Part shown: positions 20,306-28,794 of the stretch, piece after piece
Position numbering within the stretch: position 1 is the first letter of the stretch
How the letters are laid out: every line of letters begins with the position of its first letter
Source of the DNA: Oligoflexales bacterium
Lineage (GTDB): Bacteria > Bdellovibrionota_B > Oligoflexia > Oligoflexales > CAIYRB01
DNA length: 64,000 nt
Direction: 5' to 3'
Assembly (NCBI GenBank): GCA_041736175.1
Contig: JBGSUI010000059.1
Location: forward strand, 1-64,000
Translations under genes and position numbers: made by a program
Notes under the pieces: generated by a model
Told to the model about the DNA's origin: nothing
Databases searched by the model: none
Seen by the model: only the letters and a program-made list of their open reading frames with translations

Positions 20306-23300
20306 ATGACTCAAAAACGACACAAACCATACGCATCCTTTACGTCGGTCTTGTGGACTGCCTGCACCCTTAGCTTGGTCACCCCTCATACCATCCATGC
20401 AGCAGAACTCTCCTATGCAGGACGGCTGTCCGAAGAAAGTGGAAAATCATTCGAAGGCCCGGTCCATCTTAAAATCCGCTTCTACCACCAAGAAGGTGGT
20501 GGAAATCCTATCGGACCCCAACTGGAGTTTGCCGACACCACCCTTTGGGACGGCGTCTTTCAAGTCAACCTCAGCCTAACTCCGGCTCAGACCCAACAGA
20601 TCTTTGGGGATCCAGATAAACAAGTCTATATCGAAGTCGAAGCCAGGGGTGCCGTCTACTCCCGCCAGAGATTTCTCTCAGCTCCGATGGCTCTTAAGAT
20701 CCCCGTCAACACCAACCAGCTTTTTTATAATGCTGATGGCAAACTCTCCATCGAATCCATCAGCATCTCCCAGGTCTCGGGTCTTAGCTCGCTGCTCGAC
20801 ACCAAGGCGAGCACCTCTTCCGTGGCCTCGATCACCGCAGCACAAATCACCGACGGGTCTATCGCCGATGCTGATATCAGTCCTTCAGCGTCTATCGCTG
20901 ACTCGAAAATCGCCACGATCTCGACCGCAGGAAAAGTCTCGGGATCAGCCATCACCTCGGGGACCATCGGTGGCTCCACGACCTTTTCAGGCTCCGGAGG
21001 GGTCACCACGATGGGTCCTATCACCGGTGCGGATATCGCCGCCAATGGCTCCCTTGCTACCAAAACAGAACTCCGCTTAGGAGACGCCGATAATTCCAAC
21101 TACGTGGGCCTTAAGGCCCCTACCACCGTCACCACCAACCGTATCTGGACCCTCCCCTCCACGGACGGTACCAACGGCCAACTTCTAGGAACAAACGGCT
21201 CCGGGACGCTCTCTTGGATCACCGCCGCCGGCACCGGGGATTTGCTGGCCAGCGCCAATCTCTCTGACGTAGCCAACACCACCAGCGCGAGGACCAATCT
21301 CGGACTAGGCTCTCTCGCTACAAAGTCCACCATAGCCTCCGCCGATATCACCGATGGAACTATCACGGATGGGGATATCAACGCCTCTGCCGCCATCGCC
21401 CAGTCTAAAATCTCGGGACTCACCACGGACCTCGCTGCTAAACAGGCGACGATTACCACCAGCTCTGTGATCAATGCCGGGACGGTTACGACAGCCCTCC
21501 AAAACGCTGTCCAAATCAAACCATATAACACCGGAGCTGGCCAGACTGGCGAACTCCGCTTGGACGAACTCGCAGCCAGCGGCACCAACTACGTGGGCTT
21601 TAAAGCCCCCGACACCCTCGCTGCCGACAGAATTTGGACCCTTCCTGCAGCGGATGGGACCAACGGCCAACTCCTTAAAACGGACGGCTCGGGCACCCTT
21701 GGCTGGGTCAGTGCCGGTGGTGGTGGCGACCTGTTTGCTGCCAACAACCTCTCAGATCTTGCAAATGCTGGTACTGCTCGTACTAACCTTGGTTTAGGAA
21801 CTCTTGCCACCAACAGCGCCGTCTCTTCGGCACTGATCACCGATGGCGCCATCGTCGATGCGGATATCAATGCCTCAGCCGCTATCGCTGACACCAAACT
21901 AGCCACGATCTCAACAGCAGGTAAGGTCTCAGGCTCTGCCATCACATCAGGAACGATTACAGGAACTACAATTTTTAACACATCAGGAGCGGTGACCACC
22001 TCGGCAGCGATCACTGGTCAAAACGTTATCGTCAACAGTACAGGTGCCGCCGCAACGGAACTTCGCTTTAACGATGACAACAACAGCAACTATGTGGGCT
22101 TTAAGTCCCCTGGTACAGTAGGCACCAACTTGATTTGGACCTTGCCTGCAACGGACGGGACCGCGAACCAAGCTCTTAGCACAAACGCCTCTGGGGTCCT
22201 GCAATGGGTTACACCGATGTTAGGGAGTAGCAACCTATCTGAACTTACTAACACCACGACCGCCCGCACCAACCTTGGTTTAGGCACTCTCGCCACCAAC
22301 AGTGCGGTCACCTCAGCCCTTATCACCGATGGCACCATCGTCGATGCGGATATCAACGCATCCGCAGCCATCGCCGACACCAAACTAGCCACAATCTCCA
22401 CGGCAGGCAAAGTCTCAGGCTCTGCCATCACTTCAGGAACGATCGCAGGTTCCACGATCTTTAACACCACAGGAGCTGTCACCACTACCGCAGCGATCAC
22501 AGGTACAGGCAACATCATCGTCAACGGGACCGGTGCCGCCGCGACGGAGCTACGCTTTAACGATAACGACAACACTAACTATGTGGGCTTTAAAGCTCCA
22601 GGAACTGTGGGTACCAATAGAATTTGGACCCTTCCCGCAGCAGATGGCACTAACGGCCAACTCCTTAAAACCGACGGCTCCGGAGCCCTAAGCTGGGTCA
22701 GTGCCGGCGGCGGTGGCGACCTGTTTGCTGCCAACAACCTCTCCGATCTTGCTAACGCCGGCACTGCTCGTACAAACCTTGGTTTAGGCACTCTTGCTAC
22801 AAACAGTGCAGTCACCTCTGCATTGATCACCAATGATACCATCGTCGATGCAGACATCAATTCCGCAGCAGCAATTGCTGACACCAAACTAGCCACGATC
22901 TCCACGGCTGGCAAAGTCTCAGGCTCTGCTATCACCTCAGGTACGATCGGTGGATCAACCGTCGTGACCACTACTGGTCAGGTCTATAGCTCTGGAAATA
23001 TTCGCGTGGCAGGGACAGGCGTCACTGCTACGGAACTGCGCTTTGGGGATAACGATGATAGTAACTACGTAGCTTTTAAAGCTCCTGGCACTGTAGGCAC
23101 CAACATGGTTTGGACCTTGCCAGCGGCAGACGGGACCGCGAACCAAGCTCTTAGCACAAACGCCTCTGGGGTCCTTCAATGGGTGACTCCACTGGTAGCC
23201 AGTAACAACCTCTCTGATCTTGCTAATGCCGGCACAGCTCGTACCAACCTTGGTTTAGGCACTCTTGCCACCAACAGTGCAGTCACCTCTGCTATGATCA

Positions 23301-25021
23301 CAGACGATACCATCGTCGATGCGGACATCAACGCATCCGCAGCTATTGCTGACACCAAGCTGGCCACGATCTCCACGGCGGGCAAAGTCTCGGGCTCTGC
23401 CATCACCTCAGGAACGATCGCAGGTTCTACGATTTTTAACACCACAGGAGCTGTCACCACCACCGCAGCGATCACCGGTCAAAACATTATCGTCAACAGT
23501 ACAGGTGCCGCCGCGACGGAACTCCGCTTTAACGACGACAACAACAGTAACTATGTGGGCTTTAAATCCCCTGGCACTGTAGGTACCAATAGAATTTGGA
23601 CGCTTCCTGCAGCAGACGGTACCGCGAACCAAGCTCTTAGCACCAACGCCTCTGGGGTCCTGCAATGGGTGACTCCGCTGTTAGCGAGTAACAACCTCTC
23701 AGACCTTGCTAACGCCGGCACCGCCCGCACCAACCTAGGTTTAGGTTCTCTTGCGACCTCAAGTGCTGTGGGCAGCTCTGAGATCACAAACGATTCCATC
23801 ATGGACGCTGATATCAATTCCGCAGCAGCGATCGCCGATACTAAACTAGCCACCATTTCCACGGCTGGAAAAGTCTCGGGCTCGGCCATAACCTCCGGGA
23901 CCATCGCAGGCACCACAGTCTTTAACACCTCTGGAGCCATCACCACCTCGGCTGCCATCACGGGGACAGGCAATATCATCGTCAACGGCACGGGATCGGC
24001 GACCACCGATCTACGGTTTAACGACAACGACAACACCCATTACGTTGGTTTTAAGGGACCAGCAACAGTCACCACTAACAAACTCTGGACTCTGCCCAGT
24101 GCCGATGGCACAAGCGGCCAAGCCCTCACCACGAGCGGCACTGGGACCCTCTCCTGGTCCACGGTAGCCACCTCGGCAATCGTCACCGGCACTGGCGGTG
24201 GGGCAGCCCCTAACCCAAGCTCTGGCTGTCCGACCGGCTATGTGCTGGTCCCCGCAGATACAGACTACGGGACGACCGATTTCTGTGTGATGAAATACGA
24301 GGCTAAATTTGGCGATAAAGGTGCTGTCTCCCAAGCGACGGAGCTGCCGGCCCGTGGTGTGATTTCTCAAAATACTGCTTATGCCGCCTGCCGCAACCTC
24401 GGACCCGGCTATGCCCTGATCAATAATGCCGAATGGATGACCGTCGCCAGCAACATGGCCAACGTGGCCGCCAACTGGAGCGGCGGCTCCGTGGGCAGTG
24501 GCGCCCTTAACCGTGGTCATACCGATAACTCGCCAGCCGATGCCCTTGCTGCCTCCGCCGACGATAATGATCCCTGCACTGGGACAGGCCAAAGCTGCAC
24601 GGCGTCCAGTTGGAATGACCAGCGCCGGACCCATGTCCTCTCCAACAGCAACGTCATCTGGGATTTTTCAGGAAACCTATGGGAGTGGGTCGACTATTTT
24701 AATTACAACAACAAACCCACCCCCGCAAACGCAGCCTGGAACGAATACACCGCAGTCTCTGGGTCTTCTTATATGGCTAAAAACCGCCTGGTCCCCACCA
24801 ATGCCCTCAAGTCCTGGTGGAGTGACTCCTGGAATGGAGCTACCAACGGGATTGGTCAATATTACGGGGGGGCTAATGGTGGTGGTGGCGCCCTCCTTCG
24901 TGGGGGGTACTGGAGCGACGGTTCGGATGCCGGCGTCTTCGCGGTGAGTCTGAGCGGCGTTCCGTCGTCTACGTACTCGAGCGTCGGCTTCCGCTGCGTC
25001 TTCCGTCCCTCGAGCCTTTAG
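20306..25021 (+). CDS. DGR target: secreted tail-fibre-like repeat protein with a C-terminal CLec/FGE-like domain
   Basis: Signal peptide; N-terminal LSYAGRL domain; seven ~160-aa repeats; FCVMKYEA, NAEW, WDFSGNLWEWV, LLRGGYW and VGFRC motifs. Confidence 0.95.
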   Translation: MTQKRHKPYASFTSVLWTACTLSLVTPHTIHAAELSYAGRLSEESGKSFEGPVHLKIRFYHQEGGGNPIGPQLEFADTTLWDGVFQVNLSLTPAQTQQIFGDPDKQVYIEVEARGAVYSRQRFLSAPMALKIPVNTNQLFYNADGKLSIESISISQVSGLSSLLDTKASTSSVASITAAQITDGSIADADISPSASIADSKIATISTAGKVSGSAITSGTIGGSTTFSGSGGVTTMGPITGADIAANGSLATKTELRLGDADNSNYVGLKAPTTVTTNRIWTLPSTDGTNGQLLGTNGSGTLSWITAAGTGDLLASANLSDVANTTSARTNLGLGSLATKSTIASADITDGTITDGDINASAAIAQSKISGLTTDLAAKQATITTSSVINAGTVTTALQNAVQIKPYNTGAGQTGELRLDELAASGTNYVGFKAPDTLAADRIWTLPAADGTNGQLLKTDGSGTLGWVSAGGGGDLFAANNLSDLANAGTARTNLGLGTLATNSAVSSALITDGAIVDADINASAAIADTKLATISTAGKVSGSAITSGTITGTTIFNTSGAVTTSAAITGQNVIVNSTGAAATELRFNDDNNSNYVGFKSPGTVGTNLIWTLPATDGTANQALSTNASGVLQWVTPMLGSSNLSELTNTTTARTNLGLGTLATNSAVTSALITDGTIVDADINASAAIADTKLATISTAGKVSGSAITSGTIAGSTIFNTTGAVTTTAAITGTGNIIVNGTGAAATELRFNDNDNTNYVGFKAPGTVGTNRIWTLPAADGTNGQLLKTDGSGALSWVSAGGGGDLFAANNLSDLANAGTARTNLGLGTLATNSAVTSALITNDTIVDADINSAAAIADTKLATISTAGKVSGSAITSGTIGGSTVVTTTGQVYSSGNIRVAGTGVTATELRFGDNDDSNYVAFKAPGTVGTNMVWTLPAADGTANQALSTNASGVLQWVTPLVASNNLSDLANAGTARTNLGLGTLATNSAVTSAMITDDTIVDADINASAAIADTKLATISTAGKVSGSAITSGTIAGSTIFNTTGAVTTTAAITGQNIIVNSTGAAATELRFNDDNNSNYVGFKSPGTVGTNRIWTLPAADGTANQALSTNASGVLQWVTPLLASNNLSDLANAGTARTNLGLGSLATSSAVGSSEITNDSIMDADINSAAAIADTKLATISTAGKVSGSAITSGTIAGTTVFNTSGAITTSAAITGTGNIIVNGTGSATTDLRFNDNDNTHYVGFKGPATVTTNKLWTLPSADGTSGQALTTSGTGTLSWSTVATSAIVTGTGGGAAPNPSSGCPTGYVLVPADTDYGTTDFCVMKYEAKFGDKGAVSQATELPARGVISQNTAYAACRNLGPGYALINNAEWMTVASNMANVAANWSGGSVGSGALNRGHTDNSPADALAASADDNDPCTGTGQSCTASSWNDQRRTHVLSNSNVIWDFSGNLWEWVDYFNYNNKPTPANAAWNEYTAVSGSSYMAKNRLVPTNALKSWWSDSWNGATNGIGQYYGGANGGGGALLRGGYWSDGSDAGVFAVSLSGVPSSTYSSVGFRCVFRPSSL
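20845..24170 (+). repeat. Seven intragenic ~480-500 bp tandem repeat units
   Basis: Seven copies of xYVxxKxP...WTLP and six copies of NLS...ARTNLGLG. Confidence 0.92.
24880..25018 (+). repeat. DGR variable repeat (VR), including the IMH end
   Basis: 139-bp ungapped match to 27234-27372, at the 3' end of the target gene. Confidence 0.97.
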
Positions 25022-25240
25022 GGAATCGGTGCCTTGGTGATCGGTCCTTGTTTTCCTAAAAAAAGCTTCTTTGGGGAAAAAGAATACAAATTGATTGCAA
25101 AAGTTCCAGAACCCCCGTAAGGTTACGGCATGATTTTTCCTAGGTTTCCGCGCTAGCGGAATTTTTCCTCTCTTTGGAACGACTTCGGCAACAAATATTG
25201 CCGGCGGAATCTACTCGGAACCCTACAAGGAGGGCCCTTT

Positions 25241-25882
25241 ATGGAGCCGCCTGACCAAAAACCTCAACAAAATAAGCCTATAGAGCCAACCCACCCCCAT
25301 CCATCCCACAAAACCCATGGTCTGGAAATTTCCCCAGAAGATGCCGCCCTAAGATTGGGCGTTCATCCTCGAACCATCAGAAACTTTATCAAGCGCGGCA
25401 CCCTCAAGGCCGTCAAGGTCAACAACAAATGGTATGTGGACCTAAAAAGCGTGGACGCTCTTTTGACCCAACCAAAGGCGCCTGAAGGGGTCGGGAGCGA
25501 TCGAAGCTCCAGGTATTCCATGGAACCTCAAGTGGACCAAGGGCCTCGGGTCTTGGCTCCCTATCGATTGAGCTGCCATCTTTTTTTAGAAATGAACTGG
25601 GACCTAGACCTGCCGCAGATGCTACGGGTGAAACAGCTCCAATCGGTGATCCTCGAAGCACTGGGGAGTGGCTTTTACAGCTATGGTTTCGAGAAAAAAC
25701 GTCATTACCTGCAAGCTAGGTCAGCTATGGGTGGCATCATCGGGCTTTTGCACCCCTATCGTTATCATCAAGACATCGGGCCAAAGTTGCGACCTCTTTT
25801 AGATTTTCTTGAGGAAGAGTGTCTTCAGGCCATTGCCAGCCTCATCAGGAAAATCGAGCGAAAGCAGGGGGCGCCCATATGA
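25241..25882 (+). CDS. DGR-associated protein: excisionase-like HTH fused to a four-helix-bundle-like domain
   Basis: ISPEDAALRLGVHPRTIRNFIKRGTLKAVKVNNKWYV (HTH_17-like); EALGSGFYSYGFEKKRHYLQARSAMGGIIGLL (four-helix-bundle-like). ATGA overlap with avd. Confidence 0.75.
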   Translation: MEPPDQKPQQNKPIEPTHPHPSHKTHGLEISPEDAALRLGVHPRTIRNFIKRGTLKAVKVNNKWYVDLKSVDALLTQPKAPEGVGSDRSSRYSMEPQVDQGPRVLAPYRLSCHLFLEMNWDLDLPQMLRVKQLQSVILEALGSGFYSYGFEKKRHYLQARSAMGGIIGLLHPYRYHQDIGPKLRPLLDFLEEECLQAIASLIRKIERKQGAPI

Positions 25883-26214
25883 AACTTCCTCCGGTTTACA
25901 CCGAAACCTATCATTTTACGATCGAGCTGATGCGGCGGACAGCTCACCTCCCAAAAGCCTATCGACCGACATTAGGTCGGCGCATGGAAGAGGCGGCCAT
26001 GGATATGACTATTTTATTGCGCCAGAGCCTGCTGACTCCGAGCCAAAGGGACTACGCGGGGATCTTAAGCCGTGTCGATACCCTTAAAGTCTGTTTACAG
26101 CTTGCCCATGAGTTGGAAATCCTGAGTCCCCACCAATCGATGGCCTTAAGCAGCTCGTTAGAAAAAATCGGCAAGATGCTTGGAGGACTGCAAAAGCACC
26201 AGAAGACCACCTGA
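25879..26214 (+). CDS. avd: Avd-like DGR accessory protein (four-helix bundle)
   Basis: LPPVY...HLPKAYRPTLGRRM...LKVCLQLAHEL...IGKMLGGL; 111 aa, basic, immediately upstream of the RT. Confidence 0.9.
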   Translation: MKLPPVYTETYHFTIELMRRTAHLPKAYRPTLGRRMEEAAMDMTILLRQSLLTPSQRDYAGILSRVDTLKVCLQLAHELEILSPHQSMALSSSLEKIGKMLGGLQKHQKTT

Positions 26215-26243
26215 AAGGTGCCCTTCTAAGAAAGGATATTAGG

Positions 26244-27185
26244 ATGAAGATTATCGAGCAGGTTGCTTCTGATCAAAATCTTCTCTCCGCCCTAAACCAC
26301 TGCAGGAGAGGCAAAAAAACCAGCCAGGGTTACCAAAAGTTTATCCTTGGAATGCCTGAGACTCTACTCAATATGCAGCAAGATTTACTGATCGGCACCT
26401 ACCAATGGCTGCCCTACCGTAGGCTAGAGGTGTGCGATCCTAAACGGAGAGAGATTTTAGCTGCACCTTTTCGAGACCGCATCGTCCACCAAGCTATCCA
26501 TCAGGTGATAGGCGCAAAGATCGAGGCAAGTATTCCGCTTAACTCCTTTGCTTGCCGGGCAGACATGGGAAACCGTAGAGCAGCAGTCGCTTTGTTTGAA
26601 GCCCTCAAAGTAATCGGACCTGAGCGATACGCCGTCAAACTCGACGTTAGGAAGTACTTTTTTTCCATCGATCATAAGATCCTGTTAGATGCTGTTAAAG
26701 AAAACTTGTGGGACGACTCCTTAGACGGGATCATTCTGTCGCTCATCAAAAGCCACCCTCCTTTTGCTGCGACTGGCAAAGGAATCCCCATCGGCAATGT
26801 AACCTCCCAGTCCTTTGCAAATCTTTATCTGGCTCCCATCGACCGCATGGCCTTGGGCCAATCTGAGGTTTTTTACGTGCGTTATATGGACGACATGGTC
26901 CTCTGTGGTCGCCACAAAGCCGACGTCTGTGCTTTGTCGCAACGGATCAAAGATTTTGTAAGAGACCACTTATGGTTGGAAATCTCCTTCCAAAAAACAG
27001 TCCCTTTGGGTCATGATCCTATTCCTTTTTTAGGATATGTTTTGGATCATCAAAGTTTTCGTCCCCTCGGTAGAAATCTACGGCGACATGACCGCAAGAT
27101 GAGATCCTTGCAAAAAAAGGGCTATCGACCGAGTGCCGTGGCCCAGCGTGAATGTTCGTTTGCTGCATGGTCAAAGTTATGTTAG
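26244..27185 (+). CDS. DGR reverse transcriptase
   Basis: PKRREILAAPFRDRIVHQA, KLDVRKYFFSIDH, GIPIGNVTSQSFANLYL, YVRYMDD, FLGY. 313 aa, with no maturase or endonuclease domain. Confidence 0.97.
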   Translation: MKIIEQVASDQNLLSALNHCRRGKKTSQGYQKFILGMPETLLNMQQDLLIGTYQWLPYRRLEVCDPKRREILAAPFRDRIVHQAIHQVIGAKIEASIPLNSFACRADMGNRRAAVALFEALKVIGPERYAVKLDVRKYFFSIDHKILLDAVKENLWDDSLDGIILSLIKSHPPFAATGKGIPIGNVTSQSFANLYLAPIDRMALGQSEVFYVRYMDDMVLCGRHKADVCALSQRIKDFVRDHLWLEISFQKTVPLGHDPIPFLGYVLDHQSFRPLGRNLRRHDRKMRSLQKKGYRPSAVAQRECSFAAWSKLC

Positions 27186-27233
27186 TTGTCACAAGTCAGC
27201 CATGCTGACAAGGTGTGAGGCGAGATGACGATT

Positions 27234-27372
27234 TGGTGGTGGCGCCCTCCTTCGTGGGGGGAACTGGAACAACGGTTCGAATGCCGGCGTCTTCGCGGTG
27301 AATCTGAACAACGATCCGTCGAATACGAACACGAACATCGGCTTCCGCTGCGTCTTCCGTCCCTCGAGACTT
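27234..27372 (+). ncRNA. DGR template repeat (TR)
   Basis: Non-coding AAC/AAT-rich copy of the VR, 48 nt downstream of the RT stop. Confidence 0.96.
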
Positions 27373-27459
27373 GTCCTCAGAGTCCCTCGCTGTGTTCGAA
27401 ATCCGTGGTCAAGGCTACGGGTCACAGCCCAAAAACAAGGCACTAAGCTTTGCACCTAG

Positions 27460-27597
27460 GCTAATCCTCGGGTCTATGATCCGAGGAGGTCTAAACATCT
27501 AGAATATTTGAGACTAGCCCACCCCTTGGTCAAAACTCCTTAAATAGGCTACAAGAGAGTCGCATAGGACAGCTCCTAAGCTAAAAAACATACAAAA
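27460..27597 (+). repeat. 138-bp structured direct repeat, copy 2
   Basis: Ungapped homologue of 17622-17759; hairpin TCCTCGGGTC-TAT-GATCCGAGGA. Confidence 0.9.
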
Positions 27598-27609
27598 TTA
27601 AAATCTTTT

Positions 27610-28755
27610 TTAAGTCATTTCGCCCTGCCACAGTTGATCAAAAAATGCCTTCCAAGAAAGATGCTCGATTCCTGAATCATATCTCATTTCCTGTGTATCA
27701 AGAGAGACCACGATTCTCCTTTTCCAAGTTTTTTCCTCGCCCAAAGCTTTTAGTCCGGAATGATCTCGGTCGCTCACTCTCCTAGAGCTTTTGACTTCGA
27801 TCGCGACGTCATCCCCTATAAGGAAGTCGACTTCCTGCTGATGCTTTGTCCGCCAAAAGGTGAGGCACTCTCGACGCCTGGAGTAGGCCAGATAGGCTCT
27901 AATCTCTTGGGCAATGAAATGTTCAAATGCTCTTCCGAATAGTTCGCCTGCGGGTGGAAGTTGCTGAACTTGATTGAGTGCATGCATGATTCCGACATCG
28001 AAGAAAAAGAATTTAGCGGTGCTCACAGCTTTTCTCTTTTTGGATTTTGTCCAGGGTTGGAGGCTAAATCCCAACAGAGTATCTTCCAATATTTGATAGT
28101 AGTCCCGCACTGTATTTGGCGCTAACTGGGCGTCTTGAGCAATCTTTGTAAAGTTTAAAATGTTTCCACTATTTAAAGCTGCATGCTCAAGAAAACGGGA
28201 ATAATTTGCGAGGTTTCTGACCAAAGCTTCCGCAACGATCTCTTCCTTAAGGTAGGTGTCGATGTAAGCAAAAAGATATTCAGAAGCACTTTGTTCTAGG
28301 TAGGCCTTTGGCAATCCGCCATAAAGTAGATAGTGCTCAAGGTCGAAATTTCCAGAAAGACTCAGCTCCTTCCAAGTGAAAGGAAGCATAACGGCAGGTA
28401 GCGCTCGTCCGGCAAGCAAGTTACTCCCTGATCGCCGGAGTTTTCGGGCACTGCTACCGGTTAGTAGAAAGCGTTTTCCCTTGTTTTCGATGAGTCGATG
28501 AACTTCGTTCAAAAGCTCAGGAATTCTTTGAATTTCGTCGATAATGACTAGGTTCTTTAATCCTAAATTTTCAATCTCGTGGGGACTGTTCTGCAGTCGA
28601 AGGTATACCCGTGAATCAAGGAGATCAACATAGCTGGCGTCCAAGGTGGCAAGGGATTCCCGAATGAGAAAGCTTTTTCCCGAACCCCTAGCACCCAGCA
28701 AAAAATGCGACGATATATCTAGCATTGTCTTAATGTTAAGGAATCTTTTGATCAT
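27610..28755 (-). CDS. AAA_14 / DUF4143 ATP-binding protein
   Basis: GARGSGKS, IIDEIQR, LTGSSAR, KFFFFDVG, EVDFL...IEVK. Start taken at MIKRFL. Confidence 0.92.
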   Translation of the reverse strand: MIKRFLNIKTMLDISSHFLLGARGSGKSFLIRESLATLDASYVDLLDSRVYLRLQNSPHEIENLGLKNLVIIDEIQRIPELLNEVHRLIENKGKRFLLTGSSARKLRRSGSNLLAGRALPAVMLPFTWKELSLSGNFDLEHYLLYGGLPKAYLEQSASEYLFAYIDTYLKEEIVAEALVRNLANYSRFLEHAALNSGNILNFTKIAQDAQLAPNTVRDYYQILEDTLLGFSLQPWTKSKKRKAVSTAKFFFFDVGIMHALNQVQQLPPAGELFGRAFEHFIAQEIRAYLAYSRRRECLTFWRTKHQQEVDFLIGDDVAIEVKSSRRVSDRDHSGLKALGEEKTWKRRIVVSLDTQEMRYDSGIEHLSWKAFFDQLWQGEMT

Positions 28756-28766
28756 CTTGCACCTAC

Positions 28767-28794
28767 TTCGTGGAATTTCCGGATATTCCACGAA
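28767..28794. promoter_or_regulatory. 28-bp near-perfect palindrome upstream of the DUF4143 ATPase
   Basis: TTCGTGGAAT-TTCCGGAT-ATTCCACGAA. Confidence 0.6.

Larger units (their letters stand above)
20306..27420 (+). mobile_element. Diversity-generating retroelement: target(VR)-HTH/4HB-avd-RT-TR
   Basis: DGR-type RT, an Avd-like gene, and a TR/VR pair with exclusively adenine-specific mismatches. Confidence 0.97.

Noticed and set aside
20725..24036. Repeated antisense ORFs and a possible CRISPR-like array
   Set aside because: These are shadows of the coding repeats. There is no short repeat/unique spacer structure and no cas gene.
20306..25021. Prophage
   Set aside because: The only phage-like feature is the fibre repeat. 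No capsid, terminase, portal or integrase genes are present, and the protein has a signal peptide.
26244..27185. RT as a group II intron, retron or CRISPR-associated RT
   Set aside because: It is short with no maturase domain, has a DGR-type SQ motif, and sits next to avd and a TR/VR pair.
27189..27455. ORFs 27225..27446(+) and 27189..27455(-)
   Set aside because: They overlap the non-coding TR and have no recognisable protein features.
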